Source: Priapulus caudatus
Taxonomy: Eukaryota
Length of the DNA stretch: 64,000 nt
Assembly: GCF_000485595.1 (NCBI RefSeq)
Contig: NW_014577072.1
Span: 356,860-420,859, forward strand
Direction of reading: 5' to 3'
Shown: positions 27,101 through 37,914 of the stretch, piece by piece
Position numbering within the stretch: position 1 is the stretch's first letter
How the letters are laid out: each line of letters starts with the position of its first letter
Program-made: the position numbers and the translations under genes
Notes under the pieces: generated by a model
Database searches by the model: none
What the model was told of the DNA's origin: nothing
The model's input: the letters and a program-made list of their open reading frames with translations, nothing else

Positions 27101-28534
27101 GGTAAGTAAGTAACAGATCGAGCCAAGAATTTACAACTGCTGTCTGTTCCAAGCTATCAAACCACCACTGGTTACTATCGGTTTTACATCAGATAACATC
27201 AAATGTTTATTGTTTATACCAAAACATATAGATAGATTCATGAGTCACTGATCATGGTCTGGTACAGTCAAATTTTTCATTCTAAATGCAATGAGATGCA
27301 AACGACTGTGATAAGAAACAGTAGTGGTCTTAGAGCTTGCCCTGGCTGTAGCAGCAATTTGTCTCTTTAAATTCCTTGCTCAATTTCATAACTTCCATAA
27401 TAATATACGACGCACCAAAGTTATGCATTAACCTGTCTTACGAATATCAGTGCATGCGCATGAGGCCCTCAGTGAGGGTATGCTGCAGCCGCACACTAGT
27501 CACTGCCACAAATAGAGACTATTATCAGTATCATGTATCATTGTATATAGCCATACGCATAGGCAACGCTAGTAGCCAGGCCAGGCTCTAGCCTTCCTTG
27601 AATCCTTCTGCCTTCGTGAAGCCGTGTGTCCAGAGTGTCTTGATATTTACCTGGATGCCACTTGTCCCCTCAAGACAAGTGGCTAGGGGTTAGGAAGCTA
27701 TAATTTATAAAGCTTATATAAAACCCTTTTTACGCAGTACTATATATCGAACAGAGCGAGTCTATCAGCCCTCCTGCAGCGCCACAGATACAAGCGAGAA
27801 TCAGGCTATTGTAAGACTCGCTGTGATTGGTCTGATTGTTTGTAAATGGCGAATGTAATTTACTAAAGTGAAATGAAGCGGGGCCTGAAAAACAATCTTT
27901 TAAGAAGTGAATAACGATTGAAGTGAATGTATACACATATCAGTAGCAAGGTAAAGCCAGGTAGAAGGAAACGGTAGGGTTTTTTTCGCGCCAATAGCGG
28001 CGTACGGGCCGCATTAGCAACGCATGCATTTTGCATGCGATCTCACAAAACTTCAATGTTCCGTTCTGTCCCAATAACCCTCACCAAAACATAAAAAAGG
28101 TTATATGGGACAGAATTATTCGGTCTAGGAGGACCCCCAGACCCCCCACCTGTTTCTCACCCCCTCCTTGAAATCCTGAATCCGCCGCCACTGCCCCCCC
28201 TAGTAGGAATTTGCTCAGCCTACGGCCTAGCCCTAGTAACTATATAGCCCGCGTGCAGTTGCCGCAGGCCTGCGGCAACTGTACGCGGGCTAGTATACTG
28301 TATAGTACTACTAGGGCTACTTACTACGGCCTAGCTCCAAGAATTTGAAGAAACGGTCTTTGCTAGGGTTACCCGGTTAGGACGTGTGGTGTGTATATTG
28401 ACGTTATTCACACAGCCTGGTTGGGTTACCTACGGCCCTGCATTGCCTTTGATAGTTTGGTACTTTGATATCTTACTTAGTGATTGACCCAGAGCTTCCA
28501 CCAGATGGTCTCGATATATTGAAACAATTGGCAT
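19439..28534 (-). CDS. FARSB: Phenylalanine-tRNA ligase beta subunit (cytoplasmic), complete, 16 exons, 590 aa
   Basis: Minus-strand exons, all GT-AG and phase-consistent: 28477-28534, 26278-26434, 25937-26066, 25144-25203, 24957-25012, 24579-24729, 23952-24131, 23581-23642, 23278-23329, 23016-23077, 22395-22602, 22191-22271, 21655-21747, 20541-20658, 20139-20291, 19439-19590; total 1773 nt. Protein [16 protein letters not shown]...[19 protein letters not shown]...[14 protein letters not shown]...[14 protein letters not shown]...[15 protein letters not shown]...[25 protein letters not shown]...[13 protein letters not shown]...[14 protein letters not shown]...LEINIHPFL* has the diagnostic PheRS-beta motifs. 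Confidence 0.97.
20880..21600 (-). mobile_element. Second copy of the same Helentron-like family in FARSB intron 13
   Basis: CATCTGACTATGTCAGATGAGCTAAAA at the right end; reverse-complement similarity to ~48058-48770 (e.g. translated [22 protein letters not shown] motifs). Left boundary approximate. Confidence 0.75.
24148..24323. repeat. (TA)n/(CA)n/(GA)-rich simple repeat in FARSB intron 6
   Basis: Direct reading. Confidence 0.85.
26553..26790. mobile_element. Degenerate MITE-like inverted repeat in FARSB intron 1
   Basis: GCAGATAAGCAAA...GAGATTTTCTGATATA versus TATATCAGAAAATCTTC...TTTGCTTATCTGC. Confidence 0.55.
28228..28319. mobile_element. Short palindromic relative of the 29377 element in FARSB intron 1
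   Basis: TAGCCCTAGTA...TAGCCCGCGTGCAGTTGCCGCAGG|CCTGCGGCAACTGTACGCGGGCTA...TACTAGGGCTA; CTACGGCC on both sides (right copy offset by 4 nt). A half copy is at ~10521-10551. Confidence 0.65.
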
Positions 28535-29000
28535 TGTGTAGCTTCAACTATCAAAACAATATATATATATGATGCAATCGCCGGTGATCGACACTAAAAC
28601 CATCAAAATCAGAATTTCAGCAACGCCGATCGAAGCGCCAGCTAGACCTCTTGAGTCTTTGACGTCTTATTACTTTCTGCTAAATATATAATATAAATTC
28701 TTATTTAAACGCAAATAGCAAGGCAAAATTTTTATTTTAAGCCCGTATTTTAACATAGAACAGAGAAAGACATGAAAATTAAATATTTAAGATTTCCCAG
28801 CCAAGATTTTATCATGCCGGGTAGCAGAATGCTCTTGTGTTTCCTCAGTTTTGAGTTTCAAGACGCTTGCGTTGCGTATCAATCCCGGAGGCTGGCGAAA
28901 TCACTATGGTTATTGTTTAGGTCGTCAGCTTATTTGTACTGCTACTGATAGTAGTTTTAATAAATGTAGGTATTATTTAATAGTTAATGAAAGATAAGGA
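28535..29000. promoter_or_regulatory. Candidate shared (bidirectional) promoter region between divergently oriented FARSB and TPR
   Basis: FARSB ATG at 28534 (-). The TPR coding exon is preceded by a splice acceptor, so a non-coding first exon must lie upstream, towards FARSB. CRE-like TGACGTC at ~28660. The TSS is not visible. Confidence 0.3.
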
Positions 29001-29376
29001 TATAGTAATACGGTGGTGTAACTTATTCTTAACGCGCAGTTACCGCTTATAACAGCGCCCATATTTACTTCAATTTGACAATAGGCCCTAGGCCCTACCA
29101 ATTTTGCAGGACAATAACATTAACAACTCTGGTTTTATACTGCTGAATATTAACCGTCACTTATATAATATCAGCGCAATACATTAATAAATACGGTGGT
29201 CCACTGCTTAGCATGTTCATCTTTCACTCCGCAGGCTGAGTTCCCTTAAAATCACACATTAAGTTCAACCAGGGCAGTGAATTTTGTAAAAACCTGGCTC
29301 TTGAAATTGGGTACTGTGAATTCCTTGTTCAATTGAATTGTTGCTTGGATGACCGTATAAAGTTCTGGGCGCGGCC

Positions 29377-30112
29377 AAGCTCTAGTACTATAGCCCGCGT
29401 TCGATTAACTGCCGCAGGGCTATAGTACATTGTCGGCTGGAAATACCAACTGCAACCTGTTACCACCTGTCCCCATGAAAAACGGATCGTAAAACGCAAA
29501 GTTATCGGGACATCTCACCTATCTTTTTGAACCATTTCAACAACTTTACATGATGTATTTGTCCTTTTATTCCACAAAGTAAGCACTTCTGTCATTTCAT
29601 TTTGAAACGAAGTGACGTTACCGGATATGTACGCAAAACACATGGCAGCTATGGTGCATGTATTATTCACGGGGGTGATGGGGTGAACTCGCGCTGATGG
29701 GTTGGCTTGGCAATGTGAGTGAAGCTGCCACATCAGGCGCGAGTTCACCGCGAGTCAGCCCCCGTATAATACATGCACCATAGCTGCCATGTGTTTTGCG
29801 TACAATCCGGCTAACGTCATGCGTGGCGCACGGCCACTTCGTTTCCAAAATGAGATGAAGGTAAGTGCTGTACTTTGTGTGAATAAAAGAACAAATTACA
29901 GTGGTGTAGAAGTTGGTTGAAAGTGTGTTCAAAAAGATAGTGAGATGTCCATGTAGATATAATAAGTGTTAAAAAGCCGGCGATACCTTTTGCGTTTTAC
30001 GATCATTTTTCATGGCGGATCAGGTGGTAACAGGTTGCAGTTGGGTATTTCCAGCCGACATGTACTATAGCCGCTGTGGCATTAATGACGCGGGCTATAG
30101 ACTGACGAGCTA
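29377..30112. mobile_element. ~735-bp fold-back element with very long TIRs and 9-bp TSD (GGCGCGGCC)
   Basis: Left arm from 29377 (AAGCTCTAGTACTATAGCCCGCG...) is the reverse complement of the right arm, centre ~29715. The clean right end is at 41013-41109 in copy B (…CGCGGGCTATAGTACTAGAGCTA). GGCGCGGCC lies at 29368-29376 and 41110-41118. Confidence 0.8.
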
Positions 30113-33100
30113 GGGGCGGCGGCCACTACAGATTCACTGCAGCTGCCAGTAATTACATGAACTGGCATTGACACACCACCGTCAGTCTATATTTGGCTCG
30201 CATAAATTCCAATATCCGTATTAGTCATTAAAAAACTTTTAAAGGTGTCTTCCCTTGAAGTTTCGGCCAAGGATAGAGAACGATTGGTCCATAAACAATG
30301 TGCCTAGACCCTAACCCTATCCCTAATTCTAACCCTAACCCTTAGCGCTCTCGAGATCCATAGACCTAACCAGTGCTGAGAAATAAGAAAAAAAAAGTGG
30401 TTGTCGCTTGAGGACAACCCAGGCATTAAATCCGGGTTGCGTCCAACAATTTCTGTTGTCCCAAAAGAAATATCCGCCCGTCTCCTATTTTCAATCTACA
30501 CTAATAATACTTGTCAGAAAACACCATAAAAACATGGTGTACCAGGATTTTATTAACAAGGGGGCAAAAACAGGGCGAACTTGCGCAAAATAGTGGATGT
30601 ACTTATATTTTACTTAATGGCTCCTCCGCCTCCTCTCCACACCCGTATCGCTCCTCTACCGTTCTCTGCAATTTTTGTTTGTGGGTGCCAGTGGCGAAAA
30701 GGCGACATTTTTGTTCATTTGTTCTCTGTCCCAAGATCATGTAATTGTTCAGTGGCGGTTAGTGATTCCAGTCCTGAGGTGGGGGTGAAAAACAAGGCGG
30801 GGGTATGGGGGTCCTCGCCCAGAAAATTTTGAAAATGTAGATTCGCAGGAGATGGTATTTGCGGCACTTTTGGAGTACATTGTACAGCCTTCATTCTGAT
30901 GACGACAAGTCTCTTTTTTTAAATTTCGGATGCAACATGAAAATCCCCACTGTTGTTTGTTTTTGCATGGGTAAAAGGCCATCGGAGAAATTCGAAATAA
31001 TAATGGAATAAAAATACCAAAATGTAGGGGTGAACTTGTTGGTTTTGTGGTTCCAAGATCAAAGTTCACTCTCTCATAAATTCAGAAAACCTGACATATA
31101 TCAGGTGGGTTTGGAAATAGCAGCTGGTATGCGTCGCTTAGCCCACAGCCATAGATTAATGGGCGGCCGCCAGGCTATAACTAGTGGGCTCTTGGAGAAC
31201 CACTGAGAAAAACATAAATAAAGTGCGTTTTTCGTCCAATTTTCTTGGTTTGTGCCACCGGACAGATGTCTCAGACTCGGTTAGGTTGTCCGGCGCAAGT
31301 TCTGGTTGTCTCGGACCACGGACAACGCTTATTTCGAGCGCACTGCTAACCATAACCCTGAACTATTATGATTGATATAATATTACTATTTTATTGATGG
31401 TAAATGACATTGCTGTTTTGGGGACGGCAGCTGTTCTCTATCCTTACCGAAGGTTTCAAGGCAAGCAAACATAAAATTAGGGCAAAATGACAAAAAATGA
31501 ATATTTTAACATTGCACGTTTGTACTTGTCTATATATGTGTGATAGGGTAATAAAAACATTGCTCGGAATACGTTCATTCAAAGCTTTTTAGACTAACAA
31601 AGTGAAAGTGTTGGGTGATGCTTGGTCGTAAGTGTTCAAACAGGGCGTTTACTTTTGCTGGCTTTTGTGTCAATGTTGTACGAGTCTTGTTGTTGCCATG
31701 CAGTGTTGGCAAGCGCTGAAGGTCATGAAGGCTGCAATGTATGCTCATAGATGATCAGTATACCATGTGTGTATATATTGAATATCTATAGCTTGTGCTG
31801 GGTTGCATGACCTGCGTTCGAGCTCTTGCGCCATGATTACAGAACGTGGCGAAACGCGTTTTTTCGAGTCTGTTTTTTCGTTGAGGGAAATATAGGTCTT
31901 GCATACATGTTTTTACAGTTTTATTTCAAAGCTAAAACGTTCAGTTAAAGTGTAGTGAGTTATTTTTACGTTTTTACGGGTGGTTTGTTCAGCAAAAATG
32001 TGCGTGGGAAGGTATCTTTAACTAAGTAAGGATGAAGTAGGCAGAAGTGTTGTCCCGCTGCTCAGCTGTGTACGCTATGACAGAATCTTCAGTATAAACT
32101 CTAATTGAAGGCAGTTAGGATTTGATTTGTAGAATTTGCGAATTGCGGTTAGCTATTTGCCCATAAATTCAAAGGTACTTTTACTCTTTGAAAGTTCAAC
32201 ATTTCAAGTTTAAACAATAACAATCTTGAAATTTTACCCATTTGCCCAACGCAATCTATTGTTTTACTGCTTTGAATGGCAGGTTGGTTGCAAAGTTGAC
32301 AATATGGAGAATATTAGATGTTATTGTCAAGCTTCTCTATGTGTGGGAGAGAGCTGAATAAGAGAATTCCCAGAATCATCAAAGAAAGCTTTGCATGCAT
32401 ACTTGAATGTAGTTCAAAGTGAGACAAAATGCATGAAGGCCAGTGCAGGCACTCCACTTGGCAATGAGGAACAACAGTATGCCTTGACCTTGAGAGAAAT
32501 TCTTGACCACAAAATCGCAACTGGGAACGAAGATGGCGAATGCACGGAAGTTAAAATGTAAAGTGAAGACTAGAAGAGGCAGTTCACGCCAGGCCAGCTC
32601 CAAGGCGAAAGAACTGGCAACCTCTGAGCATGAACAAATCTATCGACTCAGCTGAGATTGTCTCGTTGCAATGAGTCTCTGAGGCTGAGCAGAGGGAGTT
32701 GTCAGAGCAGGCTGGAGAGAAAGAACCGCGAGATCGACAGACTAGAATGAAGAATGGAATGCAGATGTCCAACAAGTTGACGACTGCTAACCAGCGGAGG
32801 TGCGAAGCCTCGAGGCTATAAGCTCGATGAGATATACAGCCAAGCGATCAGTAACAAAGTTCAGGCGAGGAGGCGTGGCGCGAGGAGACAGAAGTGCTGG
32901 AGGCAGGCAGGTATCGTGGCTTTCAATGCAGACGGGTAAAACGCAAGGAGAAAGGAGCTTGTATTCCGCTGAGGCAGGAGACTCCGGCAAGGTGGCTGCA
33001 GCTGCAGATGGCAGCTGGACGGAAAGTCGGAGGAAGCCGTGCCTGCAGGAAGAACGTCGAGCCCTTTTGCTCGAAACACCACCGGAGCAGGAGCAGAAGC

Positions 33101-36100
33101 TCGAACAGCCTGCGATCGACAAGCTGAAGGAGAGCCACACGACGCACATAAAGCAGCGAGGAGCAGTTCCGGCGGAGGCTTGCACGCCTCAGAGCAAGCT
33201 CGCGCGGCGCTTTTACCACAACTCGTGCCGAGAAGGCGTAGGGGCAAGGTGCTCGAGTGAATGACGGCCGTTGCACGAGCTGGAGAAGCTGCTGCAAAAA
33301 GCCAAGGCGCCGTCGAACGACACGCAGCTCGAGCAGAAGTAGCGCGGCGAAGACACGCGCGCCTGCAGGCGAGCGTACGACGACTGCAACGGCAAGCTGG
33401 ACGCGCTCCGGCCAAGCGAGCTGAGAACGCCAACGTGACCTGCTGTCGGCGGCCAGGCGCAGCGGCCACGCCTCGATGACGTCGCGAGCACTCGAGGAAC
33501 TGTTGCGACGGCGGCCAGCGACCAGCAAGGCTGGCTCACGTCGGGCATTGAAGCTGACGCAGATCTACGAACGAGTACCGTGCAGACGAGGCAGCGGCGC
33601 GTCGAGCTCCGAGCGGCTCGAGAATCAAAGCGACTGAACAGTACTTCGAGCAGCTTCTGCAGGAGATCGAGGAGTTAAAGGCGCCGATCGTTGAAGCGCT
33701 GGCGCGAGGGCTACGAGAACTGTCGCTGGGCACGATCGCACATGGACGCGGCAGCAGCGAGTGCGGCGCTGCAAGAGATTCGACGCGCTGCGCTGCAGGC
33801 GATTCGACTGCCGCGAGCACGTCGCGGCCAGCCTGGAGCGGACAGCGCGCGCGATGCGCCAGCTAAGGTGCGCCGACCTTGGCCAGCAGGTGCAGCTGCT
33901 GCTGAGGAGGTCGAGGAAGTCGCGGCGGCGCGTGTCAGTCGCGCAACGAGTCGGAATCTGCGACGCAAGAGATCGTCGAGCAGCTCACAGCTGATATGCA
34001 GCGAGCGGCTGGTTGACGTTCGCGCAGCAGCCATCGGAGAGCTGCAGGAGGGCAGAACCAGCAGCTGCTGCCGTCGTGCGCGAGCTCAGCGAGAAGCGGA
34101 GGCCGAGGAGAGAGGCTTACGACAGTAAGAGCGGCAGGAGCTGCAGGAGAGGTCTAACGCCGCACGAAAACGATCTCGAGGAGCCTGAGGGCGCGCGCAA
34201 GAGGCATACGGACATGGTCGAGTCGATTGTCAGGCAGAGAGACATGTACGCCGGGTCCTTCTGGCCGGACACGAGTGTCGCACGCGTCGAGAACGGGTCC
34301 ATGATTACGTCCACTCCTAGCGTTGCACTCACGGTCAGCGATAAGGAGTTGGGTGGAAACGAAGGCAGCCCGGGCTGTCTCAGATGCAGCGCGAGTTTGG
34401 ACACGTACAAGGTCGGAGAAGGCTGAGAATATAACTCTGCTGATTGTCACAGGCAGGACAAGCTGCGGCGTCATCTGTCCCGAGTTTGCAGATCCAGAAC
34501 GCGCAGCTCAGTCGCAGTTTGAGTTACGCCGCAACAACCAAGAGCGTCTACAAGATCCTCAGTCGAACGTGCGAGAACTACAAGAGGGAGATTAGCGGGC
34601 TGCGCGAGAGAGAAGCGTCAAGATTCACAGCGAACGTGATGGCTCTACCAGCAGAAATCAGCACGGCTGACTGGGCAGGAGTGACCAATGCTGCAGGAGA
34701 AGCTCGCACGCAGCTGAGACGACGCCGAAACTTCAAGGCCGAGCGAGACATTCTCAAGTCGTCGAAGCGGCGGCTCGGACGGAGCGAGACGCGGTTTGCG
34801 CGCGAACAGCGAGGACAGAGCGTGGCTTGCGTTGCCAACTGCAGACGGCTCCAGAACAACCTCGAGCGCCGCCCCCTCAGCAGGCAGGAGACCCGCAGCG
34901 CCGGCTGAACGAACCCCCGGTGGAGAATCGCTTGAGCGCGAGTGCGCCGCTGCTGCGCCGCATAGCACGACGCCGAGGTCGCGACGGCCGCGCCGCCCGC
35001 CAAGGGGCTTGGAGCAGCGCAGGTGAGAGAGCTTGAGGGCGCAGCTGCGAGAGCGAGCTACCGCGCCACCAGAAGACGCGCGAGGACCGCAGCGGCGACA
35101 ACCGAGCGGCGTCGCGAGCCTCAATGAGCGACCTGTGTGACCCGAGGTGCAAGGCTGGCGCAGCGGAGAGCCGGCTGTCGCAGCCTGAGACATCCTGAGC
35201 CGGCGAGTATCGGCCCGCCAAAGGAGGAGGCTGGAAGAGTGTCAACGCGCGCTGGCGGCGGCGGCAGCAAGTCGGCGAGGGGCGTGCGCGCGCAGCCTGG
35301 AGCAGGCGACGATCGCAGCGGCCGATCAGTACCGCGGCCATCGGCGACTACGTCGAGCGAAGCCTCGCCGAGCAGAAAGACGGCGAGCCGAGCGCTGGGC
35401 ATGGCGGTGTGGCGAGTCGCGAGTGTGCGGCCGAGGCGCGGCGCGCTGAGCGACGACCTGCGCAGCGGCTCGCGGCGACGCAGCGGCAGCAACGATGCGC
35501 CGCGCGGAGAACGCGTGCCTGCTCGAGCGAACGCGACGCAGGCGGCACGCTGGCGGCGTCAGCATCGTCGCCGCGCAGAACGAGCTGCCGAGACGCTCGG
35601 CTAGACAGAAGCACGCGGCGGCGCGCGAGGGGGCCGGCGCGACGACGCTCACCGCGCAGGCGGGCGTCGCGCCGAATGCGCAGGTGAAGTCGCGCGCGAG
35701 CTGTGTGGTGGCACGCCGCGGACAAGTGCCGAGCTGACGACGGTGCGCGAGCCAGCTCGACGGGGTGATGACGCTGTTGCCGCACCGCCGAGGACGGCCG
35801 CCAAAAGGCCGACAGACGGGCTGACAGCAAGCAGGACGTCGTGGGAGGCAGCGGCGAGCGGAGCCGCGCTGAAGAGGCGAGTGCGCGCAGTTGGAGACGC
35901 GCAGCGGCGAGCTGCAGCAGCACAACGAGGTGCTGCACGCGCAGATGGAGACGTATGTCCACGGCAGATTCGCTCGGCGGTAGCGGGCGCGCAGGCGGGA
36001 GCGCCGGACACGTCGCTGTCCGACAGCGCGTCGCACATGTCGATCGCGACGACGGCCCAGAAGTCGCGTTGCGAGGGCAGCTGCTCGAGATCCTGCGCTA

Positions 36101-37877
36101 CCTGCGCCGCGAGAAGGAGATTGCGACGACACAGCAACGAGTGGCGGCCGCGCTGAGCCGCGGCGCGGCAGAAGGTGCGCGGTCGCGCAGCTTCGAGCGG
36201 CAGACGCAGGGAGCTGGTCAGGCGAGCATCGCCGAGGAGCGGCGTCGGCGGCGAGCGGAGCGTCGAGCGACGGTCGGCGAGGACACGCCGACACTCATGG
36301 AGAAGGTCGAACACCTGAACGTTGCTCCGTCGACAGCAACAAGCTGCTGCGCTGACGAGAAGAGCGTGCCACGATTGCAGGCGCAGGAGCAGCAGAGCCG
36401 CGCTGCGCGCCTCGAGGCCGAGCTGCTGGGCGCCTCCGTCAAGAAGTCGCTGTGGGAGCGCGGACGCTGCGCGACGCGCTGCCGACGGAGAGCGCGGCCG
36501 CTGCGGCGACGAGGTCGAAGCGCTGGAGACGCGCACGAACGCAGCTTGCCGAGCGCAGCAGCAGGTCGACGCCGGTGAAAAGGGGAAGTAACTAAGGGGA
36601 AGCTGCGTCGCCGACGAGAAGGAGAAGCAACGCAAACAGTTCTCCTCGCAGCTCATCGCAGGAGGCGAGCGGCAAGCACAAGCAGGAGGCGCGAGCAGGT
36701 CGACGGCGCAAGGCGGCCGCGCTGACCGCCGCGTCGCGGCGGCTGCAGGGCGTCGGCTCGCCGCCGGCACGAGAAGGCAGCTGGCCTGGCGTCGCGGCTG
36801 CGGAGCACAGCCTCCAGAGCGCAGGCAGGGTGGCGAGGCAGGCAGAGCGAGAGGCCTGCACGGCTGCGCAAGGCAGCTCGCCGCCGCCAACGCCGCGTCG
36901 GCGAGGGCTGGCGCAGGAGGTGGCGGCGGCTGCGGGCGGCGAGGTGCGCGACAAGAACGCAGAAGATCGCAGAGCGAGCTGAACAGGCTGAACTCAGGTG
37001 GCGCAGATCCGGCCGCAGTAGCAAGACGCTAGTTCGACGAGCTGAAGCTTGAGTACGAGAACTACGTGTCGCAGGTGGCGGGCGGCTCGGCGGCGCGGAA
37101 GGAGCGCGGCGCCGGCGCGCCCAGGAGGCAGCAGAGGCTCCGAGGCTCGCGTGCAGTGAGCTTGGAGGCGGCGGCGGCGGGGCGCACGACGCGGAGCGGC
37201 GCGTCTCGGCCGACCGAGGCGGCAGCGGCCTGACAGACGAGATCGCACAGCTGCGCAAGCCGAGAGGCAGCTGAATGACACAGTTGGGCGAGACGCGGGG
37301 GGGAGCGCATTAAGTACGGTGGCTGCAGGGCAGGGCCAAGGGAGAAGGATTCTAGCAGGTGAGGAAGCGAGCGTACGATGCAAGCGGCAGTACGTAATAG
37401 GCTTTACACTGTAATCATATAATAACAGCTTAGCTTTGGCTTGCGGCCATATTAGTGGCTGAAAGCTTGAAATTTGTTGTGCTGTCAAACGGACGTTGTT
37501 GGGCACTGATTTTGTCTGTCTCGTTGACCATTAAAATATATTCTGGTTGCTTGCGACGAAGGTAGAATCTTGGCAAATATAAACACTGCAGACTGCAACA
37601 ACACTGTTAGCATTCACGTAACAAATTTATTCTGGATTATGTATTCAGGCGAGATAAAAATTTGCATGTGACTTTGTGTTTCAACTAACGCTTGTGTACC
37701 ATTCTACTTGACCCGTTGTGAAAATGTTTTGTATTTATGATGGGACTGCCTGACTTGCTTTTTAATGTGCACGTGATGCATGAACTACCATTTGAAAAAA
37801 CATTATGTGCGGCATTAGCATTCTCGTCGAATCGCGACAAGATTGCCTCCGAGATCGACGACTTGAAGGCAGCTTTT

Positions 37878-37914
<37 letters not shown>

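Noticed and set aside
27730..27936. 68-aa ORF in FARSB intron 1 containing ESYNS (as in FARSB exon 5) and a hydrophobic stretch
   Set aside because: Only a 5-aa coincidence; no convincing splice sites or family motif.
32787..37506. Dozens of R/A/S-rich ORFs on both strands
   Set aside because: Frameshifted pieces and antisense shadows of the GC-rich noisy TPR copy A.
37879..37912. Long poly-G run / G-quadruplex / poly-Gly
   Set aside because: Absent at the equivalent position of copy B (~47477); likely a read artefact.
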